From Verrucomicrobiota bacterium (GTDB lineage: Bacteria > Verrucomicrobiota > Verrucomicrobiia > Opitutales > Seribacteraceae), in NCBI GenBank assembly GCA_027622665.1, contig JAQBYT010000013.1, forward strand, positions 32,555 through 96,554: 64,000 nucleotides of DNA, given 5' to 3'. Positions 29,630 through 38,687 of the stretch are shown here, one piece after another (within the stretch, counting starts at the first letter, position 1; the number at the start of each line of letters is the position of its first letter). The translations under genes were made by a program, and so were the position numbers. The notes beneath the pieces were generated by a model. That model was given only the letters and a program-made list of their open reading frames with translations. It searched no databases and was not told the origin of the DNA.

Positions 29630-32212
29630 ATGAAAAAACTCTTCTCCTCAACTCTTCTCCTTGCCTTTGCTTTAGAAAGCCTTGCTGCACCGGGAGACGA
29701 TGTTTATCAAAAAGGTTTCCTTTCCATTGAGGAGTCTCACAAATCGATTGAGTTGCCGGAAGGCTATTCGCTTGAACTCGTGCTGAGCGAGCCTCAGATC
29801 GAGGAACCCGTGGCCATGGCTTGGGACGGAAACGGCGTTCTGTACGTGGTCGAGATGCGTACCTACATGCAAACCGCTGATGCCGCTGGCGAACAGGAAC
29901 CGCGCAGTCGCATCTCTCGTCACGAGGATACTAACGGTGACGGAGTCTACGACAAGAGCACCGTTTTCATCGACAAGCTGTTATTGCCTCGCATGGTTCT
30001 ACCTTTGGACGATCGCGTCATGGTCGGCATTACCAATACCCTCGACCTTTGGAACTATAGGGATACCGACGGCGACGGTGTGGCCGACGAGAAAGTGAAG
30101 GTCTTTGAAGGCGGTAACCGTGGTGGCAACATGGAGCACCAGCCCAGCGGACTCGTCTGGAATCTGGACAACTGGATTTACATCACCTACCAAAATGTCC
30201 GTTACCGCTACACCAATGGTGAGTTTAAGACTGAGCGCCTCCCGCGTGGCGGTGGTCAATGGGGGCTGACTCAGGATGATGACGGGCGCCTTTACTATTC
30301 CACGGGCGGAGGAGAAAATCCTGCCTTCTTTTTTCAGCAACCTCCAATCTACGGAATGTTTGATGCGCCAGGCCAGACCGAGGCGAATTTTCGCACCGTT
30401 TATCCCATTGCAGCCGTACCGGACGTGCAGGGTGGTCGCCGTCGAGTTGCCGCCAACGGTGGCCTGAACGTTTTCACCGGTTGCGCAGGCCAAGGCATTT
30501 ATCGGGGGGATCGTCTGCCGAAGGAACTGTACGGCAACCTGTTCATTCCGGAGCCCGTGGGCCGTTTGATTCGCCGTGCCAAGGTCGAGCGTAAGGATGG
30601 GTTGACCGTGCTCAGCAACGCCGATCCCGGCATGGAGTTCATTCGTTCGAAGGACATAAACTTTCGGCCACTGGGAGCTGAGACTGCTCCTGACGGCACC
30701 ATGTTCTTCATTGATATGCATCGGGGCATTATTCAGCAAGGAAACTGGACTCGCAAGGGAAGCTATCTTCGAGGTGTGATTGATAAATGGGGCATCGACA
30801 AAAACGTCGGCAAGGGGCGCATCTACCGTCTTGTACACAAGGATCACCAGCCGGGGCCTAAGCCGAATATGCTGGAGGATTCCACCGCCGAGCTCGTTGC
30901 TCACCTTTCCCATCCGAATGGCTGGTGGCGCGACTCCGCTCAGAAGCTCATTATCCTTCGCAAGGATGGAAAGTCAGTGATATCCGATCTCGAAAAGTTG
31001 GTCCGTGAAGGCAAGGCCGCTCTTGGTCGCGTCCATGCACTATGGACACTGGAAGGACTGGAAGCAGTCAAACCCGGATTGCTCATGGAAAAGCTTAGGG
31101 ATACTGATCATCGCGTTCGCATGGCCGCAGTACGCATTAGTGAGCCCTTTCTCGCCGATGGAGACAAGACTGTCATTTCCGGATTCAAGGGACTCGAAAA
31201 AGAAGCTCATGCCGATGTCTCCCTCCAGACAATCAATTCGATTGCCTACAGCGGTTCAACGGATTCCGAGGTGCTCGCGGGCATTCAAGACAACCTTATC
31301 GAGAAACACAGTGACAAGCCGATCCTCAACAGCATTGCTGGAAATCGTGTGAAGCTCGCTCAGGAACGGGCCCTTTTAGCCGAGCAACGCAAGCTGAACG
31401 CACATTTCGGCAAGCAAATGGAACAAGGCGGCGTCATCTACAAGCAGCTCTGTTTCGCCTGCCATGGTGGCGATGGCAAGGGTACTCCCATGGTTGGCCA
31501 ACCCGGAGAGACCTTGGGACCTCCTTTGCCCGGCTCGCCTCGTGTCCTCGGTTCCGGCGGCAGCTTGGTGCGAACCGTCCTGCATGGTCAGACCGGCGAA
31601 CTCGATGGCAAGAAGTATCCAGGGCAAATGCTTCCTCTCGGAACCAACGACGACGAATGGATCGCCGCCGTGACCACCTATATACGCAATAGCTTTGGCA
31701 ACAAGGGTGGCCCTATAACCCAGAAATTCGTGGCCGATATTCGCAAGCAGTCGGTCGATCGCCTCTTGCCGTGGACCGAGACCGAGCTCGAGGAACTGGA
31801 ACCTCCCCTGATCGCCAACCGCAAGCAATGGAAGCTCACTGCCAGCCATGGCGCCAAAAACCTAAACGGTTGTATAGATGGAAATGGACGTACTCGATAC
31901 GACACCGGGGCATCACAAGTTCCCGGCATGTGGGTGCAGGTTGAATTCCCCTCCCTTTGCAAAGTGAACCGCATTCAACTGGATTCGAGTGGCTCCACTC
32001 GTGATTATCCTCGCGGATACCAAGTGCAATCATCCATTGACGGCAAAAAATGGTCCGACCCTTTGGCCATAGGTTCCGGTAAACATCCCGTTACCGACAT
32101 CATCTTCCCTACCACCCGGGCGAAGCACCTCAAAATCATGCAAACGGGCCGGACGGACGGCCTCTACTGGTCCATTTACGAGATGCAAATCTTCGGGAAA
32201 GCCGTTAATTAG
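29630..32212 (+). CDS. PVC-type membrane-associated dehydrogenase-like propeller with HEAT repeats, cytochrome c and C-terminal discoidin (F5/8 type C) domain
   Basis: LPEGYSLELVLSEP, DTNGDGVYDK, LSHPNGWWRDSAQKL, HALWTLEGL, CFACH, C-terminal LTASH...WSIYEMQIF. Confidence 0.85.
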   Translation: MKKLFSSTLLLAFALESLAAPGDDVYQKGFLSIEESHKSIELPEGYSLELVLSEPQIEEPVAMAWDGNGVLYVVEMRTYMQTADAAGEQEPRSRISRHEDTNGDGVYDKSTVFIDKLLLPRMVLPLDDRVMVGITNTLDLWNYRDTDGDGVADEKVKVFEGGNRGGNMEHQPSGLVWNLDNWIYITYQNVRYRYTNGEFKTERLPRGGGQWGLTQDDDGRLYYSTGGGENPAFFFQQPPIYGMFDAPGQTEANFRTVYPIAAVPDVQGGRRRVAANGGLNVFTGCAGQGIYRGDRLPKELYGNLFIPEPVGRLIRRAKVERKDGLTVLSNADPGMEFIRSKDINFRPLGAETAPDGTMFFIDMHRGIIQQGNWTRKGSYLRGVIDKWGIDKNVGKGRIYRLVHKDHQPGPKPNMLEDSTAELVAHLSHPNGWWRDSAQKLIILRKDGKSVISDLEKLVREGKAALGRVHALWTLEGLEAVKPGLLMEKLRDTDHRVRMAAVRISEPFLADGDKTVISGFKGLEKEAHADVSLQTINSIAYSGSTDSEVLAGIQDNLIEKHSDKPILNSIAGNRVKLAQERALLAEQRKLNAHFGKQMEQGGVIYKQLCFACHGGDGKGTPMVGQPGETLGPPLPGSPRVLGSGGSLVRTVLHGQTGELDGKKYPGQMLPLGTNDDEWIAAVTTYIRNSFGNKGGPITQKFVADIRKQSVDRLLPWTETELEELEPPLIANRKQWKLTASHGAKNLNGCIDGNGRTRYDTGASQVPGMWVQVEFPSLCKVNRIQLDSSGSTRDYPRGYQVQSSIDGKKWSDPLAIGSGKHPVTDIIFPTTRAKHLKIMQTGRTDGLYWSIYEMQIFGKAVN

Positions 32213-32335
32213 TTGTTTGAACCGGTCTTGTTGACTTCACGATCTTCTTCTGTGGCATTTAACGGATTGGCGTAGTGCAGTTCAATAGGTGATGATTCTT
32301 GATTAGTCGGTTGGTTTGCCGTATCTCAAGTCCAC

Positions 32336-34180
32336 ATGTGTGGCATAGTTGGTTATTTAGGTAATAGGGTTGCTAAAGATGCGTTGATCGACGGATTGCG
32401 AAGATTGGAATACCGCGGTTACGATTCGGCCGGGGCAGCTTTTCACGACGGTAATGCTTTTTCCTTGGTCCGGGAGACTGGCCGCGTGGAGAATTTGGCC
32501 GCTATCCTTCGGGAGAGTAATCCTACATCAACCTTGGGGATTGCTCACACGCGTTGGGCGACCCACGGAGCGGTCACTATATCCAATACTCATCCGCATT
32601 TAAGTAACGATGGCAAAATCGCGCTTGTTCACAACGGAGTCATAGAGAATTATGGAACGCTCAAGCGCATCTTGGAGGGGAAAGGCATTGAGTTTGCCTC
32701 TGAAACCGATTCAGAGGTGCTCTCCAACTTGATTGCTTATCACTATGCCCGGTTAGAGGGAGAGGAAGACCGATTTACTCAAGCTTTAAGAGAGGCTCTT
32801 TCCCAATGTCGAGGGGCGTATGGTATCGCCGTACTCTGCGTGGATGAACCCGGTTTCTTGCTTGGAGCTCGTCGAGGCTCTCCCCTGGTCGTTGGTCTGG
32901 GTGATGGCGAAACTTTCCTTGCCAGCGACGCCTCGGCCTTTGTCGGCCGAGTGCGTGATGCCGTTTACTTGAAGGATGGAGAGATCGCCCTCCTGCGGGA
33001 AGACGACTTCCGCATCATTACGATGCAGGGCGAGGATACCCAAGTGGTGAGCCAACTGATCGACCAAACGGTCGAAGACGTTGAGATGGGAGATTTCGAT
33101 TCTTTTATGGAGAAGGAGATTTTCGAGCAACCTGTTGCTTTGGAGAATACCCTGCGCGGTCGTTTTGGTGAGGATGGTACGACTGCTAAGCTGGGCGGTC
33201 TGGAAGGACATGAGGACGAGCTGCGTCGTTTGGACCGGATCGTATTCGTAGCTTGTGGTACGGCTCGGCATTCTTGCATGGTGGGAGAATACTTAATCGA
33301 GCGACTGGCCCGTGTTCCCGTTGAAGTGGAACATGCTTCGGAGTTTCGCTATCGGAATTCTCCCAAGGCAGGACAGACCTTGGTAATCGCAGTCAGCCAA
33401 TCGGGTGAAACCCTGGACACCCTTGAAGCTGTTCGGGAAGCGCGTACGAAAGGTCTTCTCACAATCGGCATCACCAATGGGGTCGGATCCAGCCTTGCCC
33501 GTGAAACCGATGGGGGAGTATACCAACGGGTCGGAGCTGAAATTGGCGTGGCATCTACCAAAGCTTTCACTTCCCAAGTAGCCCTATGCGCGATGTTGGG
33601 ATTGGCTCTAGGCCGTATGCGCGAACTTTCGCCAATTCAAGGTCGTGAAATAGCTGAAGCACTCCAGAATCTTCCCGAGAATGTTGCGAGCATTCTGCAA
33701 AGAGGAGAGACCCTCCGTGAATTAGCTCAGAAATATTCCGAGGCAGAGCACTTGCTTTTTCTCGGTCGCCAGGACCTTTATCCCGTGGCCCTTGAGGGTG
33801 CTCTCAAGCTAAAGGAGATTTCCTATGCCCACGCAGAAGGTTACCCGGCGGCAGAGTTGAAGCATGGTCCCATTGCTCTTATAAATCCTGAGTGTCCTTC
33901 CATCTTTCTCGTCGAGGAAGGAGAACTGGGAGCCAAGACGATTGCAAACATGCAGGAAGTGAAGGCTCGTAACGGTCCCGTGCTTGCCATTGTTCCCGAG
34001 GGTGTGGAAGTGCCCGATGGGGCTGCCGATGACGTTTTCCGCGTACCTGCCGTTCACGAGGTGGTTCGTTCAATCGTGGCGACCATACCTCTGCAGCTTT
34101 TCGCCTATCACTTTGCCCGCATTCGCGGTCTCGACGTCGATAAACCACGTAACCTAGCCAAGTCGGTAACGGTAGAGTGA
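32336..34180 (+). CDS. glmS: Glutamine--fructose-6-phosphate aminotransferase (isomerizing)
   Basis: MCGIVG, EYRGYDSAG, HTRWATHG, SQSGET, VASTKAFT, C-terminal DKPRNLAKSVTVE. Confidence 0.98.
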   Translation: MCGIVGYLGNRVAKDALIDGLRRLEYRGYDSAGAAFHDGNAFSLVRETGRVENLAAILRESNPTSTLGIAHTRWATHGAVTISNTHPHLSNDGKIALVHNGVIENYGTLKRILEGKGIEFASETDSEVLSNLIAYHYARLEGEEDRFTQALREALSQCRGAYGIAVLCVDEPGFLLGARRGSPLVVGLGDGETFLASDASAFVGRVRDAVYLKDGEIALLREDDFRIITMQGEDTQVVSQLIDQTVEDVEMGDFDSFMEKEIFEQPVALENTLRGRFGEDGTTAKLGGLEGHEDELRRLDRIVFVACGTARHSCMVGEYLIERLARVPVEVEHASEFRYRNSPKAGQTLVIAVSQSGETLDTLEAVREARTKGLLTIGITNGVGSSLARETDGGVYQRVGAEIGVASTKAFTSQVALCAMLGLALGRMRELSPIQGREIAEALQNLPENVASILQRGETLRELAQKYSEAEHLLFLGRQDLYPVALEGALKLKEISYAHAEGYPAAELKHGPIALINPECPSIFLVEEGELGAKTIANMQEVKARNGPVLAIVPEGVEVPDGAADDVFRVPAVHEVVRSIVATIPLQLFAYHFARIRGLDVDKPRNLAKSVTVE

Positions 34181-34653
34181 GTCGAGCGATTGTTACAGGC
34201 ATGCGTGTCCACTTTGGTGTCTTCCTTTCTTTCAGTCTGCTTTGCTTGGGTTGTGAAACCCCGAACAAGTCGGATGAGTTACAGTTAGCCGAATTCAAGA
34301 GCGACGGTTGCAGCCTCTTCGTCGACGGAACTTTCAAGGATAGGGAACTGTGGAAAGGCTGCTGCGTCGAGCATGACGTCGCCTACTGGAAGGGCGGTAC
34401 CGCTGAGGAACGTAAAGCGGCCGACCTGAAGTTTCGGGAATGTATACGGAACACGACCGGTGACGAGACTTTGGCCCTACTCATGCACGAAGCGGTGCGA
34501 GCAGGTGGTGGTCCTTATTTTCCAACTTGGTATCGATGGGGATATGGATGGCCGCAAGGTCGGGGGTACAAGGCCCTAACTGATGCCGAGGCGGCGATCG
34601 TCCAACAGAAGTTAAGCGAGTATCGCACTAGAGAAGCCAACGCGACGCAATGA
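34177..34653 (+). CDS. Hypothetical lipoprotein with a phospholipase A2-like Cys/His/Asp motif
   Basis: Lipobox-like LLCLGC; FKSDGCSL, CCVEHDVAY, ERKAAD, AVRAGG; 4-nt overlap with glmS. Confidence 0.65.
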   Translation: MSRAIVTGMRVHFGVFLSFSLLCLGCETPNKSDELQLAEFKSDGCSLFVDGTFKDRELWKGCCVEHDVAYWKGGTAEERKAADLKFRECIRNTTGDETLALLMHEAVRAGGGPYFPTWYRWGYGWPQGRGYKALTDAEAAIVQQKLSEYRTREANATQ

Positions 34654-34881
34654 AGGGGGACTGCTTGCACCTTCGACCTTCCCGGATGATTTCACCGGCT
34701 GGCTAGCGGGATTTGTTCAGAAAACCTCGTGAAACTTCCCTTCCACGAAGTCGATGTCCGGAACCCATCGACCGATTCCGTGCTCCGCGGAATCGATTGA
34801 TGACAGAGAGCGCCAAGAAATGGCTTCATATATATTAATACGGCTCAAACCACATCAAGGTTACGTTTCGGAGCACAATTG

Positions 34882-35712
34882 TTATTTTGCGAGTTGGTAC
34901 ACGCGGACATAGTCAACGAGGAGCTGGGCCGGGAATTTAGTGTTGGAGTCCGGCGCACCGGGCCAGTTCCCGCCGACGGCAAGGTTAAGGAGCAGGTGGA
35001 ATCGCTTGTCGAAAGGAGCAGGGAACTTGCCGCCCTCGGAGGACCATTCCGTATGTGTTTGCCAAGACTTCCCGTCGATTGCCCAGTGAATCTTTCCTTT
35101 CTGCCAAACGATGGAGAAAACGTGAAAGTCATCGGCAAATGTGCCGGAAGGGAGCTTGTAGGGTTTGCCGGAATGCTTGTTTTTGGGCCACTTGCCGCCG
35201 TAATGAAGGGTTCCTAGATAGGTGGAGGGTTCGTGCCCAACCATTTCCATGATATCGATTTCCCCGCTGGATGCCCAGGTTCCATAGGTGCTGTCGGTGG
35301 GGAGCATCCAGATGGCAGGCCAAATTCCTTTGCCTATTGGGAGTTTGGCCCGAACATCTATACGACCGTAGCGCCAATCACCTCGGTTCTTTGTACGTAT
35401 GCGTCCGGAAGAGTAGTCACGTCTGACGCCTGCTTCGGCATGTCCGTCCTTGCGAGCCTCGATGATAAGATTTCCTTTCTCCACTCGGACGTTTTCGGGT
35501 CGATCGGTATAGATCTGCATCTCGTTGTTGCCCCCTCCAAAGGCGTTTATCTCAATTCCCCATTTTGAGTAGTCCAATGTGGATCCTTCGAATTCGTCGG
35601 ACCAGACTAGTTTCCATGACTTTGCCGGTTCAGACGAAAGCATAGATGCCGAAGTCCAAAACATATAGAGTGCCGTCAGCGAAACTTTTAGTGAGTGATG
35701 ATTTAGATTCAT
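34882..35712 (-). CDS. Glycoside hydrolase family 16 (laminarinase/licheninase-like)
   Basis: WKLVWSDEF, GGGNNE, YSSGR, GIWPAIWML, catalytic EIDIME, LLNLAVGG, VDYVRVY. Confidence 0.93.
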   Translation of the reverse strand: MNLNHHSLKVSLTALYMFWTSASMLSSEPAKSWKLVWSDEFEGSTLDYSKWGIEINAFGGGNNEMQIYTDRPENVRVEKGNLIIEARKDGHAEAGVRRDYSSGRIRTKNRGDWRYGRIDVRAKLPIGKGIWPAIWMLPTDSTYGTWASSGEIDIMEMVGHEPSTYLGTLHYGGKWPKNKHSGKPYKLPSGTFADDFHVFSIVWQKGKIHWAIDGKSWQTHTEWSSEGGKFPAPFDKRFHLLLNLAVGGNWPGAPDSNTKFPAQLLVDYVRVYQLAK

Positions 35713-36067
35713 ATGAATGTTTTAGGGTTTTGTTAAGAAATCGGAAAGACTATTTTGGCTCTTATGTGAGCTGAATCCACTTTGACAATACTTAACTAGG
35801 GCAGGGGCGATCTCTTTCATTAGACAATTGAATGAGTCTTATTTGGAAAGGTTTTTCCATGTTGGCGCGTGTTAATCGCCTCGTGTTTTATCGCGGCGAA
35901 TCAGGTTTCTAATCTATGATGATATATGGACTGACGGATCTCGCGTTTTCAGATTAAATGTTGATCCCAGTGAAGCTGATGGAGGTGGTTGGCCCTGAAT
36001 CTTCTACGGTTATTGCCGGTACAGAACCCCTATGGTTTCAGACCTGCACAATGAGCAGGAGAATCAC

Positions 36068-36306
36068 ATAAAAGATGCTGTTTCACCTTAAATGAATGGA
36101 TTAAGGTAATCACGCAGGTTGGACTGGGGTTACTCGAACTTGGAGTTGTCATCGAGCAGTGGGCTGTTTTCGGTAAAAGTGTCGTAGGTAACTGGACGGA
36201 AATCGTTGGTGATATTGGTGGTGCTAATGGTCTCGTCGGAGCAGATGCGAGTCTGGCGAGTCTAGTGGTTTTGCTGATTATTTTGGGAGTTCTTTCCATG
36301 AAATAG
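36068..36306 (+). pseudogene. Decayed small membrane-protein gene (not in the ORF track)
   Basis: AGGAG RBS followed by ATA rather than ATG, an apparent 1-nt frameshift near 36085, then the open frame LNEWIKVITQVGLGLLELGVVIE...VVGNWTEIVGDIGGANGLVG...LVVLLIILGVLSMK*. Confidence 0.55.
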
Positions 36307-36328
36307 CGAGGAATAGGAATCTCATTCG

Positions 36329-36359
36329 AAAGAGGGGCGGCAGTCGCCCCTCTTTTTTT
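36329..36359. terminator. Intrinsic terminator, probably bidirectional
   Basis: AAAGAGGGGCG-GCAGT-CGCCCCTCTTT followed by a T run, between convergent units. Confidence 0.85.
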
Positions 36360-36374
36360 CTCTGCGGTCGCTAA

Positions 36375-36929
36375 TCAGCGGACACGCACAACTCGCTTGC
36401 GCTCCTCGTATTCCCAGTGGACGGTCACTTTCTGTCCAACCTTGATTGGTGCGAGTTGTTGGAGTACTTCCTTGTCGAGACCACCTCCGGCGGAAGGGTT
36501 GCCACCGTGCCAGTGTGGGAGGTAACGTTCCACGGGACCTTTGCCGATGGGTTTCACGTCTATGGAATTTTCGCTCTTTGCCAGAACTGTTCCCCGGACA
36601 GTGCCTTTCTTGGACTTCGGGACCAGTGTGTTCACCTCGACCACGCGAGCCCGTTCTTCAAATTCCCATTTGACCCGTACGCGATTGGTGGTGATGAGAT
36701 TGCGGATTTCCTCTAGCATCTTCTTGTTGAGACCTCCGCCGTCTTTTGGGAGACCCCCGCTCCAGTGCGGGGTGAATCGTTTTGGTTCTTTGGCTCCGTC
36801 GGGCAGCACGGTTATGGAGCTCTTGTCTTTGGCGATGAGGATGCCCTCGATTACGCCATTTTTCTCAAGAGCGTGAGAGTGGAGGGCGATGGAGAGGCAT
36901 GTGAGAAGAGGGAAGATTAGGTGTTTCAT
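36375..36929 (-). CDS. Secreted hypothetical protein made of two tandem ~80-aa repeats
   Basis: Signal peptide from MKHLIFPLL. Repeats ...FTPHWSGGLPKDGGGLNKKML...WEFEERARVV and ...YLPHWHGGNPSAGGGLDKEVL...WEYEERKRVV. Confidence 0.75.
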   Translation of the reverse strand: MKHLIFPLLTCLSIALHSHALEKNGVIEGILIAKDKSSITVLPDGAKEPKRFTPHWSGGLPKDGGGLNKKMLEEIRNLITTNRVRVKWEFEERARVVEVNTLVPKSKKGTVRGTVLAKSENSIDVKPIGKGPVERYLPHWHGGNPSAGGGLDKEVLQQLAPIKVGQKVTVHWEYEERKRVVRVR

Positions 36930-37027
36930 TATATCAGTGAGTTTTGAGGGGAATGCGGAGCGCGAGACTTGTGTTACTTGTTTAATGTGCCGACTTGCTG
37001 TTTTTGCTTGTTTCTCATCAATTTTTC

Positions 37028-38632
37028 TCACCAATCGTCAGTGCGAAAGGGGCTGGCGGGGAACCCTTCTCGATTGTAGAGGTTTGCCCCTAGGGGATTG
37101 GCCGAATAGGCGTAGCGTACTGCCACGGGTTTTGAGACATCTCGGTGCGAGAGTATTACGGTATCTCCATCTATGACTGCATCGGCCCAGACCCAGTTCT
37201 TGTCCTTTCCTGCGATGGCAAAGCGTTGAAGCTTCGCATCGATGACTAATTCCTCGGTTGGTTGGAGTCCTTCTTTTTTACCTATGATGAGACCTGCTCC
37301 GACATGGTTGAAATGAATGCGGGCTTTGTCTCCATCTATTTCGATTTTGTTGTAAAGTGGACCACTGGGCACGATTCCCTTATCATACGCTTTGGCCAAT
37401 CCCCATTGAGCAAGGCGCTTTCCTACGTCCTGCTTGTTTTTTGGATGTATGTTGCCTGTTTCTCCAATGTCTATGATTACGGCCATCCCGGAATGGGGAA
37501 TGTCCAGAGCTTTTCTTTCCGCATCCCTTATGCGAGCGTAACCGTCTCCACCTCCGGGTTCGTTCTTGTCGTTCGTGAAGTTTGCCAATTGGACCCAATA
37601 AAATGGGAAGTCTCCCTGTCCCCATACTTTGCGCCAACCTTTCACCAACCCGTGCTTCTTGTGGTAGTAGGATTCACCTTCGTTGCCGTTGGATTCGCCT
37701 TGGTACCAAATAGCCCCGCGAATGCCGTAAGGAACCAGTGGGTGAATCATGCCTCGGTAGAGACGCGTCGGATCTTGGTGGCTAGTGCCTAGGCCAACGT
37801 ATGCCGAGGTAGGTTGCTTGGGAGGGAACTTGCCGGCCTTTATGGCCGTCTCGGCTTTTTCTACCCACTGCTTGAGGTCTTTGATAGCGGCCAAGTGTAT
37901 GTTTTTACCTTTATCCGTAGTAGGGTCGACGGATTCGATGTGGTTTAGGACCTCTTTGGCGAAATCCTGTTTCTCAATGATCCGAAATCCTTCGGTAGGT
38001 ATCCATGGTTCAATCCGAGTTCCGCCCCAAGACGAGTTTATCAAGCCGATCGGGACTCCGAGTTTTTCGTGCAGGGTTCGTCCGAAATAATATCCCACGG
38101 CAGTGAAATTTCCGACACTTGTGGGGGAACACACCTCCCAATTTGAATTAAAGGTGTTTTCACGGGAGTCCGAGGGGACTCTTGGCACTTTGATATGACG
38201 AATGTAAGGATAGTTGGCGGATTCTTTTTCTTCTTTAGGATTCAATGCACCATTTACCGTCCATTCCATGTTCGACTGCCCGCTGCATATCCAGACTTCG
38301 CCTACTATTACGTCCTTAAACGTCCGGGCATCGCCGTTAGCCCCGCTCACCTTGAACTCTCTTCCCTCGGCACTTGACTCGAGTGCGTCTAGACGCACCT
38401 GCCAGTCTCCACTCTTTTTAGCTTTCGTTTTCTTTTGCTGGCCCGCGAAGGTGATCGTGATTTCTTCTCCGGGATCGGCCCAGCCCCAAACGGGAAGAGA
38501 CAGACCTCGCTGGAGCACCATATGATCTCCGAATGCCGCGGACAGCCCGATCTCGGCTTGTAGCAATCCCGTAGGCAAGACGAAGCCGAGGAGCGTTAGT
38601 GATTGGAAAAAAGTGAATGGAGTAAGGTTCAT
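37028..38632 (-). CDS. Sialate O-acetylesterase family protein
   Basis: FGDHMVLQR, GEVWICSGQSNM, WGGTRIEPW, IWYQGESN, IHPKNKQDVG, PASPFRTD. Confidence 0.92.
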   Translation of the reverse strand: MNLTPFTFFQSLTLLGFVLPTGLLQAEIGLSAAFGDHMVLQRGLSLPVWGWADPGEEITITFAGQQKKTKAKKSGDWQVRLDALESSAEGREFKVSGANGDARTFKDVIVGEVWICSGQSNMEWTVNGALNPKEEKESANYPYIRHIKVPRVPSDSRENTFNSNWEVCSPTSVGNFTAVGYYFGRTLHEKLGVPIGLINSSWGGTRIEPWIPTEGFRIIEKQDFAKEVLNHIESVDPTTDKGKNIHLAAIKDLKQWVEKAETAIKAGKFPPKQPTSAYVGLGTSHQDPTRLYRGMIHPLVPYGIRGAIWYQGESNGNEGESYYHKKHGLVKGWRKVWGQGDFPFYWVQLANFTNDKNEPGGGDGYARIRDAERKALDIPHSGMAVIIDIGETGNIHPKNKQDVGKRLAQWGLAKAYDKGIVPSGPLYNKIEIDGDKARIHFNHVGAGLIIGKKEGLQPTEELVIDAKLQRFAIAGKDKNWVWADAVIDGDTVILSHRDVSKPVAVRYAYSANPLGANLYNREGFPASPFRTDDW

Positions 38633-38687
38633 GGATTGATTTCCTTTTTAGGTGGGAGTTGGGACTATTTGTGCAATATTAAATCGG

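Noticed and set aside
29999..30913. Long antisense and alternate-frame ORFs (e.g. 304 aa here; also 58114-58926, 61395-62108, 7460-8137)
   Set aside because: They lie inside well-supported genes and are expected shadows in GC-rich coding DNA.
32213..32335. glmS ribozyme upstream of glmS
   Set aside because: The gap is only ~120 bp and lacks the conserved AGCGCC...GACGAGG core.
36030..36299. 89-aa minus-strand ORF
   Set aside because: Best explained as the antisense shadow of the decayed + strand membrane-protein gene, which has an RBS and a terminator.
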